Virus record (IMG/VR): IMGVR_UViG_3300033483_000001
Span: 402-64,401 of that record
Direction: 5' to 3' (one strand)
From: a virus
Lineage: Duplodnaviria > Caudoviricetes
DNA length: 64,000 bases
In this document: in pieces, positions 19,547 to 26,996 of the stretch
Layout: each line of letters opens with the position of its first letter
Position numbering within the stretch: the first letter of the stretch is position 1
Translations under genes and position numbers: made by a program
Notes under the pieces: model-generated
The model's database searches: none
The model's input: only the letters and a program-made list of their open reading frames with translations
What the model was told of the DNA's origin: nothing

Positions 19547-20752
19547 TTAGGCGGCCGATGCCTTCTTGGGATGGGTGAGGTTGTAGCAATACGCGGAGTA
19601 GCCCGAGGGCTTGTCCTCCGCATCCGAGGCCTTGCGGCCAGAACCGGCAGTCAGAAGAGCGGCTGCGGTCTGCGAGTCGGCGGCGGTTGTCTGCGGCTTG
19701 GCGGTCGCGCGAGCGGCGGCGAATGCAGCGCGGACAACTTCGGCTGTTGCCTTGTCCACAGCGACTCCGCCTAGAGCGGCGTCAGCCACGGTCTTGATCG
19801 TCTCGTTCTTCGCCGAGGCGGCGGTGATAGCTTCTCGCCGAATCTGATCGACGGTCTTGCCGGCCGGCTTCAGGTCTGGCGCCAGAACAGCAGCGTCAGC
19901 TACGACAACGGCGCGCTCTTCTGCCAGCGCTTCGATCTGTGCCTCGGTCGGGACCTTGGCTTTTAGCGCGGCGATCTCGGCGTCGGCGGCGGTAAGCTTC
20001 CCAGTGGCCTCGGCCAACTTCGCCTCAAGATCCTTCGATACCGTCTCGGTATCAGTGGCCAACTTCAGCGCCGTCTCTGCGTCGGCGGCAAGCTTGACAA
20101 TTTTGGACTGCTGCTTCTCGACGGTGACAGCAGCCACCTCTTCGAGGTCGAGCGGCAGTCCATCAACGATGACTCTACGTGTACTCATGTTGTCGGACTC
20201 CTTGTTTTCTGGGTTCTCGTCGGCGACGCGACAGTCTGGCCCGCCCCGACCCTTGGAAACGATTGCGGTGTGGTTGCCTTCAATGTCGACCATCCATCCG
20301 TCGACCGCCTCGCCCGTGGGCGTGGCCTTCTTGGAATCGTCGAACTGGAAGCGGTAGCCGTTGCTCAGTCCTGACTTCCCGTTGAGAATGTCCTTCACCG
20401 CGCCTTGATCGCGGACGGTCAGCGTCGCCTGCATGTCGTCGCCAACCATCGAGACACCGCGGGTATCGCCGACTGCGTAGGCCTTCCAGTTGTCGGCCGT
20501 CACCCACTTACCCGGTGGGTGGTCGTTCGTGATGGGCGCGCCCTCGAAGGTGGGGACCGACTTGGCCACCTCCTCGCGCGGTCGGTACAACTTCACAATC
20601 CGATTCGGATCTCCGTCCAAACCGATCTCCGCCGCTCGATACGTCTGGATGTTGCCGGCCTTGGCAATCACCCCAGGCGCCACGAGAAAGCCCGCATCGT
20701 TGACAACGCGCTGGCTGATGGCGAAGAGGTCTGAGACAGTGCAGGTCCTCAT
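19547..20752 (-). CDS. prohead protease/scaffold (DUF2213-like)
   Basis: GAPITNDHP, LSNGY and GNHTAIVSKGRGG motifs with coiled-coil C-terminus; true start MRTCTV at 20752 overlaps the MuF stop. Confidence 0.85.
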   Translation of the reverse strand: MRTCTVSDLFAISQRVVNDAGFLVAPGVIAKAGNIQTYRAAEIGLDGDPNRIVKLYRPREEVAKSVPTFEGAPITNDHPPGKWVTADNWKAYAVGDTRGVSMVGDDMQATLTVRDQGAVKDILNGKSGLSNGYRFQFDDSKKATPTGEAVDGWMVDIEGNHTAIVSKGRGGPDCRVADENPENKESDNMSTRRVIVDGLPLDLEEVAAVTVEKQQSKIVKLAADAETALKLATDTETVSKDLEAKLAEATGKLTAADAEIAALKAKVPTEAQIEALAEERAVVVADAAVLAPDLKPAGKTVDQIRREAITAASAKNETIKTVADAALGGVAVDKATAEVVRAAFAAARATAKPQTTAADSQTAAALLTAGSGRKASDAEDKPSGYSAYCYNLTHPKKASAA

Positions 20753-21621
20753 GCAGCCCCCTCCAATTCGATGTAGGGCAATGCTGCGCAGCGACAAAGA
20801 ATATCTTGCCCAGCGTGGCAAGGCTCTCCGTCTACCGATCCGGCGACCGGGCCTGGTTCGTCCCAGCGAAACACCTTGCCGTCTACTTCTTGGTGCGATG
20901 GACGTACGCGTTCGTCCTGCGACGTCGACCACTCGTACTTCTCGATCCCGACTTGCTGCTGGCGCTCCTGGTTGAAAGACGAGTTCATCTTTGCGACTTG
21001 GTCGCGCGCGATGACTTCGGCTCGACTCTCGGTGACATCGCCAACGTGCTTGACCTGTTCGACAATCGATTCCCAGCGTTGGCCTTGGCTCCACCCGCCG
21101 GTGACGGCTTCCTCGACCTTGCCGAGGTACTGCTCTGGCACCGTTCGAATCAAGTCGACGTTGGCCTTTGTGGCGTCCTTCATGCTTTCGAGCAGCGGGC
21201 CATTTGCCCGTAGCAAACTCGACACATCGACGCTGATGGCCTGGCGAATTGAGCTGGCCAGCCGCTCGTCGACATCGTTGCGCACCGACACTGCCGCGAA
21301 GTCGGCCAGCCCCTTGGCCCAAGAGTCGATGTTGCCGAACTTTTTCGCCGCGCTCTTCAGGATGCGCGCGATGCTCATCGGGACGGCATCGCCGACGACG
21401 ATGGAATCTCCTGCCTGCGCCGGCCACTCATCGCGGAGTTGCAGAATTGCCGACTCGACGATCGAACGCATGCGCTTCACCATGGCCAGCAGCCTGGCCT
21501 TGTAGGCCAACTCTGTCTTGCGGCTGGGCCTGACAGCTCGCGCACGCCTGCTCCCGCGCATACGCGCGCGTTGCCTCCGGTTTTTCACCGAGGCAAGCAG
21601 GGTTTGAATGTCGAGGCCCAC
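20749..21621 (-). CDS. MuF-like minor head protein
   Basis: IARDQVAKMN, WSTSQDERVRPSH and DILCRC motifs. Confidence 0.9.
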   Translation of the reverse strand: MGLDIQTLLASVKNRRQRARMRGSRRARAVRPSRKTELAYKARLLAMVKRMRSIVESAILQLRDEWPAQAGDSIVVGDAVPMSIARILKSAAKKFGNIDSWAKGLADFAAVSVRNDVDERLASSIRQAISVDVSSLLRANGPLLESMKDATKANVDLIRTVPEQYLGKVEEAVTGGWSQGQRWESIVEQVKHVGDVTESRAEVIARDQVAKMNSSFNQERQQQVGIEKYEWSTSQDERVRPSHQEVDGKVFRWDEPGPVAGSVDGEPCHAGQDILCRCAALPYIELEGAA

Positions 21622-21732
21622 GAACTCAATTGTGAATCCGCAGCGTCAACAGATGATAGTTTTCCTTGCGTGTCCAGTAAGAAATGGGCTAAAGTGTGTG
21701 GTTAACAGTTCACCGATTAGGAGTAACAACGA

Positions 21733-21984
21733 ATGATGGCCAAAGCGGATTACAGATTGCCCGATGAAACCAGAGAGCGCGTGTCCAAGCTGATCGCGGA
21801 GAAGAGCCTTGGTGGTCAGGGGGGCGCCACGCGGGTCGCCAAGCTTCTTGGCGTCAGCCCCATCACCCTGAAGTGCGCGGTGGCAGGGCTTGAGATTCAG
21901 CCTGGGACGGGTGCGCTCATCGAGAAAAGGCTGGGAGAGCGAGAGGCGAGGAAGTCTGGCCTTGCTGGCGAGGCGGCGAAATGA
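21733..21984 (+). CDS. small HTH-like DNA-binding protein
   Basis: AGGAG RBS; GATRVAKLLGVSPITLKCAV helix-turn-helix pattern. Confidence 0.6.
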   Translation: MMAKADYRLPDETRERVSKLIAEKSLGGQGGATRVAKLLGVSPITLKCAVAGLEIQPGTGALIEKRLGEREARKSGLAGEAAK

Positions 21985-22340
21985 ACCACCCTGGACCGTG
22001 GCGCGAGACTTGGTATGGCGACGAATGGGGACCGCCTGATGCCAACGGAGAGCAACGCCGCAAGCGCGAATTCGGAGAGCCTGGCAACCCTGACGATAGC
22101 TTGGAAGTCGCGCGCGTGCTCGATGCCAATGGAGACGACGTCATGTCGTGGGAATCGCGCGATGAGTGCTGCTATTCCACGGTGGCTGCCAAGCGGATGA
22201 TGCTGGCAGCACCCGAGTTGCTGGCCATGCTCGCGAAGCTTGCCCACGCGTGCAACACTCGCGTACTGTGCGCGGGTCTGCCGGAACTCGCCGAGTCGTA
22301 CGCGCTCATCGCCAGAATAGAGGGGCGCGATGGGAAATGA
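21981..22340 (+). CDS. hypothetical protein
   Basis: coupled to upstream gene; HPGPW start and MLAAPELLAML motif common in phage accessory proteins. Confidence 0.6.
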   Translation: MNHPGPWRETWYGDEWGPPDANGEQRRKREFGEPGNPDDSLEVARVLDANGDDVMSWESRDECCYSTVAAKRMMLAAPELLAMLAKLAHACNTRVLCAGLPELAESYALIARIEGRDGK

Positions 22341-22420
22341 ACCGACCGAACGCGCTGCTAGAGACGAGAAAGAACAAGAGGCAAAGTATGTCGTGTCGCA
22401 ACTGTCGTGGGCGCTACTGA

Positions 22421-23077
22421 CTACCCGATCACCGTCCGCGCCAGCTGATTCTCGATGTCCCCGGTGACGTTCACGTAGCGCTGCCACTTGTCGGGCCAGC
22501 CGGGGTCTACCGTGAGGCCTAGGCCAGCGCAGATGGCGTCTATAGCGAAACGCGGGTGTTCGCAAAACATCTCGTGTGACACCCGCGGGACGCCGGACTT
22601 GGCGTTGTAGGCCGCATAGCCGGCGGCAAACCCGGCATCGGTTAGCACGTCGTCATCAGGCATGAACAGACGCAGGCTGGCTAGCATGTTGGCAGGCGTA
22701 CGCGTGAGCCACGCCTCCCTGAGCTCGAAGCGCTCCCGCAAGGTCTCCACAAGCGTCGAGAGCATCGCTGGCGCGACGTTGTGCCGGCTTGGCACATAGT
22801 CCACGAAGTCCCACGAACGCAGCACCAGCGCGAGCCCACGAGCTCTGAAGGCCTCTTCCAGCGCGGCCACGGTATCGACGAATGGCAGGCCAACCTGAAC
22901 GTCAACGCCATACCATTCGCGAGCCTGCGTGCGCGGGTTGTTCCACTCGTGGCACAGCGTCGGGTGGATCTCGGACAGCAGCGCAACGCCGCTCATGCAC
23001 CCTATGCACCTGGAGACGATTGTCCCACCCGTGCGCGCGAGCCCGTGCAGGATGCGGATGGTTGGCTTGCCAGTCAT
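22421..23077 (-). CDS. sulfotransferase-like protein
   Basis: N-terminal ILHGLARTGGTIVSRCI resembles the PAPS 5-phosphosulfate-binding loop, followed by LLSEIHP; later LTRTPANMLAS and VSHEMFCEHP match the fold pattern. Confidence 0.65.
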   Translation of the reverse strand: MTGKPTIRILHGLARTGGTIVSRCIGCMSGVALLSEIHPTLCHEWNNPRTQAREWYGVDVQVGLPFVDTVAALEEAFRARGLALVLRSWDFVDYVPSRHNVAPAMLSTLVETLRERFELREAWLTRTPANMLASLRLFMPDDDVLTDAGFAAGYAAYNAKSGVPRVSHEMFCEHPRFAIDAICAGLGLTVDPGWPDKWQRYVNVTGDIENQLARTVIG

Positions 23078-23298
23078 GGAAGCGTCGCGATGATGTGGCC
23101 TGCAGTACGGTCGATACGCCTACGCATGAGCATGTTGATCGTGGAGCCATCGATCGTCTCACCTCCGCACTCAGAACAGCGATATCCATCGGCCATGGCC
23201 AGGATGGTGCGCTTGCCTGAGTACACTGACGCGTCGAAGTTGTGGAGCGTGGCAGGCATGAGATCTCCACCGCATTCGCACTTGATATGGCCGCTCAT
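23074..23298 (-). CDS. YgiT/MqsA-type zinc-finger protein (no HTH)
   Basis: CECGG...YRCSECGGETID, two Cys pairs. Confidence 0.55.
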   Translation of the reverse strand: MSGHIKCECGGDLMPATLHNFDASVYSGKRTILAMADGYRCSECGGETIDGSTINMLMRRRIDRTAGHIIATLP

Positions 23299-23993
23299 CT
23301 AAGCCCCCACCGCTTCCGCTCTGCGATCACTTCCTCGCGCGTGTCGCCGCCGTGGCTCCATGCCTGGTAGATCACTTGCTCTGGGCACGGCTCGCGGTCG
23401 GTGCGCAGGATGCGGAACAAATCAGGCCGGCGGGCGACCGCGTAGTTCCCCAGGACGTTGAACTCTGACAGCCGCTCCATTCCCTCCCGAAGGTGCCCGA
23501 TGATGCCGGCGATGCCGCCGATGTGCTGCCACACCTCTGCCAGGAACGAACTCGGGTAGACGAAGGGGAACGTCCGCATCGTCTCGAACGGTGGATCGAA
23601 CCCAAGCACGCGCTTCGTCGATTCGTACCAGCAGATGGCATCGCCGGCTTGCTCCCACGGCGTGACGATGAGCGGCCAGGTGAACGTGCGGAAGTCCACG
23701 GGGCGCACGAATACGCAATCCGAATCCACGAAGCAGATGATATCGGCATCCGTGTGCAGGTGCGCGCGCAGCTTCTCTATGCACTGGCCGCGGTACCCGC
23801 CAACCGGCGTGCCGCCCCAGTTCTCGCAGCGCTGGACCACGACGAACGATGGTACGGGCGGCAGGTAGTGCTGGCGCTCGATTAGCAGGAGCACACGCCG
23901 AAACCCGGTGACGTTCTTTTCGATGGAGTACCAGAGATGCGGCAGCCACTCATAGTCGGCCGGGTGCGACTTGACGACGATGTCGGCGATCAC
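23295..23993 (-). CDS. GT-A glycosyltransferase-like protein
   Basis: IVVKSH N-terminal strand and ICFVDSDCVFVRP (DxD motif). Confidence 0.65.
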   Translation of the reverse strand: MIADIVVKSHPADYEWLPHLWYSIEKNVTGFRRVLLLIERQHYLPPVPSFVVVQRCENWGGTPVGGYRGQCIEKLRAHLHTDADIICFVDSDCVFVRPVDFRTFTWPLIVTPWEQAGDAICWYESTKRVLGFDPPFETMRTFPFVYPSSFLAEVWQHIGGIAGIIGHLREGMERLSEFNVLGNYAVARRPDLFRILRTDREPCPEQVIYQAWSHGGDTREEVIAERKRWGLR

Positions 23994-24661
23994 TTGTACC
24001 TCGGCTCGCCCACGAGCCCGCCCGCGCGCTCGAACATGAGGTCAAATTGCCATAGACGCCCATCAAGCGGCCTGCGCATGACGTCCGCGATGTCGGTAGC
24101 GACGAAGCCGAGCGTCGCGAGCCGCTCCGCCATCCCACCGAATGTGAGCGCGCCTAGCTGTAGCTTGCACGTGTACGCCTCGATCACGAGCGCGCAGCAG
24201 TTAGCCAGCGTGTCGCGCGCGCCGTCCAAGATCTGCACCTCGAACCCGTGCGTGTCTAGCTTCAGCAGGTAGGGGCCAGGGAAGCCATAGCGCGCTACCT
24301 GGACATCAACCGTAGTGCTCCTCACCGCGCGAGTGTCTGGCCTTGAAACCGAGGAACCTTGCCCACCGAACGGATCCGTCGCGTCAGATGCGAAGTTCCC
24401 TTCCCCTTCGTGATCGTCCGCCAGCGCATGCACCGCGTGAGCATTCGGGTGAGCTGCGCAGAATGCGTCCAGTCCTTTGCGGTGCCGCTCGTCCGCCTCG
24501 ATGAGAATCATGTTGGCGTCGGGCCAGAATCGCAAGGCCTCCGCACTCCACCTGCCATCCGATGCGCCGACGTCGATGATCGTAGACGGCTGCACTCGCT
24601 GGCTCGAGCGCGCGAGGAGGTCGGTCATGCCGTTGCCGGATGGATACAGCCTGTCTACCAT
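23990..24661 (-). CDS. FkbM-family SAM-dependent methyltransferase
   Basis: IIDVGASDG, LIEADE, LLKLDTHGFEVQILDG and WQFDLMF motifs; start 24661 or 24628. Confidence 0.9.
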   Translation of the reverse strand: MVDRLYPSGNGMTDLLARSSQRVQPSTIIDVGASDGRWSAEALRFWPDANMILIEADERHRKGLDAFCAAHPNAHAVHALADDHEGEGNFASDATDPFGGQGSSVSRPDTRAVRSTTVDVQVARYGFPGPYLLKLDTHGFEVQILDGARDTLANCCALVIEAYTCKLQLGALTFGGMAERLATLGFVATDIADVMRRPLDGRLWQFDLMFERAGGLVGEPRYK

Positions 24662-24840
24662 GGCGGCACTACTGTGATTTCCCATCCGTATCGGAACGAT
24701 ACAACAGCTATCTTGACGACGAACCCCAAATACATGGAGACTCCAGCGACCATTATGAGCGACGCTGCCCAAAGCAATAACGATACGGCACACGTCCTAG
24801 CTTGCACCTTTGACTCTGCCAGCCATTTGCGAATGTTCAC
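24655..24840 (-). CDS. small membrane protein
   Basis: GTG overlapping upstream stop; hydrophobic stretch AVSLLLWAASLIMVAGVSMYLGFVV. Confidence 0.55.
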   Translation of the reverse strand: MNIRKWLAESKVQARTCAVSLLLWAASLIMVAGVSMYLGFVVKIAVVSFRYGWEITVVPPW

Positions 24841-25751
24841 TTCGAGCGCTTCCCTTTCCGCGCCACCTTCGGCGCCTTCGGTTTCTTCAAGGCATTTGGC
24901 CACGCCGACAGCAGCAGCCGTTTCCATTCGCGACCCACGAGGCTCTGCGCGCACTTCCAGGCGCTGCCGTCCTTCACGCTGGCAATCCACGCGAAGTCTC
25001 TCCCTAGCGTCTTGTACGTGCTCAGAGACAGCTTGTGGGCTCCGTAGAGGTTCGCGACTGCAGGGTGATGGCCAGCCTCGCTGACAAGCACCTGAGAATG
25101 GAAGCAGTCCCACGCCTCGGTATCAGGGCAAACGTGCAACGATGGGTGGTCAGCCCAGCAGCTCATATGCATGGCGAGCGTCCCGTTGACGTGGCGGTCG
25201 TAGAACTGGCTGGCCTCCATGATCGCCCCGGTCACGCGTTTGCCCGTCGCCAGGTTCGCTGCGTGCAGCCTCTTCAGGTGATCGATCCAGTCCCACCGCG
25301 CTGGAACGCCCTCAGCCTCGACGAAGAAGACGTTGTGCCACGGCCAACCCTTCGCCGAGTAGTTTGCATAGCAGCGGTCAGCGGTGCCAGCCCAAAGACC
25401 GAAGCATCCGGCAGGGTGGCCCTTCGCCTCGCGCAGGCTACGCACGTGCGAGACGTAGAACTTCCTCCCGCAATACATCATCGTCTTGGCGATCTCGTTG
25501 TCCATCTTCAAGTCGTAGCGGCTCGCCAGGATGAGCATCACGTCCTCGCGCCTGCTAGGCTCGACGTCGGCAAGGAATCTCGCCAGCCGCAACGCCGCGC
25601 GCTTGTCGCCCTTCCAAAACTGGATGGCGATGGCGAGCTTGAGCGGGTGGTGCCCGGACGCGGCCTGCCTCTGCGAGTGCTCGACCAGGAGGTGGCCCGC
25701 GGCGGTTGCGCCCAAAGGGTGAGACTCGATCATGCTGCGGTGGCGAGTCAT
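24837..25751 (-). CDS. putative glycosyltransferase-like protein
   Basis: LAIAIQFW strand, FFVEAEGVPARWDW (ExE variant of DxD region) and HVNGTL; start coupled at 25751. Confidence 0.4.
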   Translation of the reverse strand: MTRHRSMIESHPLGATAAGHLLVEHSQRQAASGHHPLKLAIAIQFWKGDKRAALRLARFLADVEPSRREDVMLILASRYDLKMDNEIAKTMMYCGRKFYVSHVRSLREAKGHPAGCFGLWAGTADRCYANYSAKGWPWHNVFFVEAEGVPARWDWIDHLKRLHAANLATGKRVTGAIMEASQFYDRHVNGTLAMHMSCWADHPSLHVCPDTEAWDCFHSQVLVSEAGHHPAVANLYGAHKLSLSTYKTLGRDFAWIASVKDGSAWKCAQSLVGREWKRLLLSAWPNALKKPKAPKVARKGKRSK

Positions 25752-25776
25752 CCGAACACCGCCTTCACCTGGGGAT

Positions 25777-25908
25777 TCACTTGTGCTTCCCACGCTCTCG
25801 TAGGAACGACTCGGTGCCAAATCCAATCGCCAAGATGAAAAGCCCAATCGCTACTACCAGGACCCACGCCTGGTACGAATGCGTATCGAAGTATGCCCAA
25901 AAATTCAC
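25777..25908 (-). CDS. 43 aa membrane peptide
   Basis: GTG overlapping ligase stop; AWVLVVAIGLFILAIGFG; not in ORF track. Confidence 0.45.
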   Translation of the reverse strand: MNFWAYFDTHSYQAWVLVVAIGLFILAIGFGTESFLRERGKHK

Positions 25909-26495
25909 GCGCGCACCGGCCATTGATACCCAAAATCGCTTCGCTTGAGTTTGCACAAGCGCCCATCTGGATGGTGCCAGACCACGCCCTCCATGGTGAG
26001 AACCTGGAAGTCTGACCGGAGCGCCACGAAGGCTTCATCAGAGTTGCCGTGCGAGCGGCATCCGAACATCAAGCCGGTCCAAAGCACCTCTTCCCCGTGC
26101 CGGAAGAACCTGTGTTGCGCAAGGCCTTCCGCGTTGGTCTGGAATTTTGGTCCGCACAACTCATATGTCCCAGGCAACGTTGGCCAGACCGCCGAATAAT
26201 ACCACTTGTCTTGCGGCCCATCTCCGACGAGCACCCATCCTGGCCAGTGCCCCGTGTTCTTGTCTGGTTCGGCCTGCGCCGGCACGAAACCATCCGGTGG
26301 GGTCTTACCGCCCTTGGCATCGTAGCGTCGCCAGAGCCGACCAGAATCATCGACCATGCAGCAAGTCCCATCACGCTTCCTGGTAGCCACACCTTCGCCA
26401 TTCAACACCCATTCGCATCCCGGTGTGAGTTGCGGAAGTACCAGCCTTGGGTCGTGGCCGAAGTCGCGAACGAACAGAGAAGGAATCTTCTTCAC
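25905..26495 (-). CDS. RNA ligase-like nucleotidyltransferase (RLIG1/C12orf29, DUF5565-like)
   Basis: ATRKRDGTCC (KxDG motif I), GHWPGWV, YELCG and EGVVWHHPDGRLCKLKRSDFGYQWP; GTG start overlaps upstream stop. Confidence 0.75.
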   Translation of the reverse strand: MKKIPSLFVRDFGHDPRLVLPQLTPGCEWVLNGEGVATRKRDGTCCMVDDSGRLWRRYDAKGGKTPPDGFVPAQAEPDKNTGHWPGWVLVGDGPQDKWYYSAVWPTLPGTYELCGPKFQTNAEGLAQHRFFRHGEEVLWTGLMFGCRSHGNSDEAFVALRSDFQVLTMEGVVWHHPDGRLCKLKRSDFGYQWPVRA

Positions 26496-26776
26496 GCGCG
26501 CACCTTCCCAGTCAGCAGCATATCCTCGTCGGCCACGATGTGCGTAGCGCGCTCGCCGACGAACGAGCACACCCACATGCCACCGTCCGACGCGTGCGCT
26601 ACGACCTGAATCGGCGGCAGTTTCGCCCCGACCTTCAGAGCGAGGCGGTTCACCTTTGGGTTGTTCGTCACCCGAACGTCATCCCAGATTTGCCCGATGG
26701 CAATCCTCGTCTGAGGCGCAGGCGTTGCTTGTTTGGCCGGCGGCACCGGAGCGTCCTTTCGCTTGTGGTCTCCCAT
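26492..26776 (-). CDS. hypothetical protein
   Basis: ATG at 26776 with putative leaderless promoter; stop coupled to ligase start. Confidence 0.55.
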   Translation of the reverse strand: MGDHKRKDAPVPPAKQATPAPQTRIAIGQIWDDVRVTNNPKVNRLALKVGAKLPPIQVVAHASDGGMWVCSFVGERATHIVADEDMLLTGKVRA

Positions 26777-26783
26777 GCGCCCA

Positions 26784-26792
26784 AAGCTAGCA
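26784..26792 (-). promoter_or_regulatory. extended -10 promoter, predicted leaderless
   Basis: TGC-TAGCTT then 7 nt then ATG (26776); AT-rich tract further upstream. Confidence 0.45.
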
Positions 26793-26996
26793 CAACCGTA
26801 CGCTTTGCTCATGAAAAATAATCCCTGGATTAATGCCTTGGGTGGAGAGAAAGGAAGAAAGAATTCCACACCGGGCTAGCCGGTCCAGGGGTGGCACCCG
26901 CATCGGTAGGTTCGGAGGAACAAATGAGCATCCATTCGCGACGGCGGGACGTCGACTTGGCAACCTTAGCACGAATCCGAGCGGATGTGGCGGGAT

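Noticed and set aside
20753-21427. N-terminal 225 aa of the 626 aa ORF, suggesting a giant protease fusion
   Set aside because: Overlaps the MuF gene in another frame; the coupled start at 20752 explains the real protein.
20749-21621. MuF-fused polymorphic toxin
   Set aside because: The protein ends right after the CRC motif; no C-terminal toxin domain.
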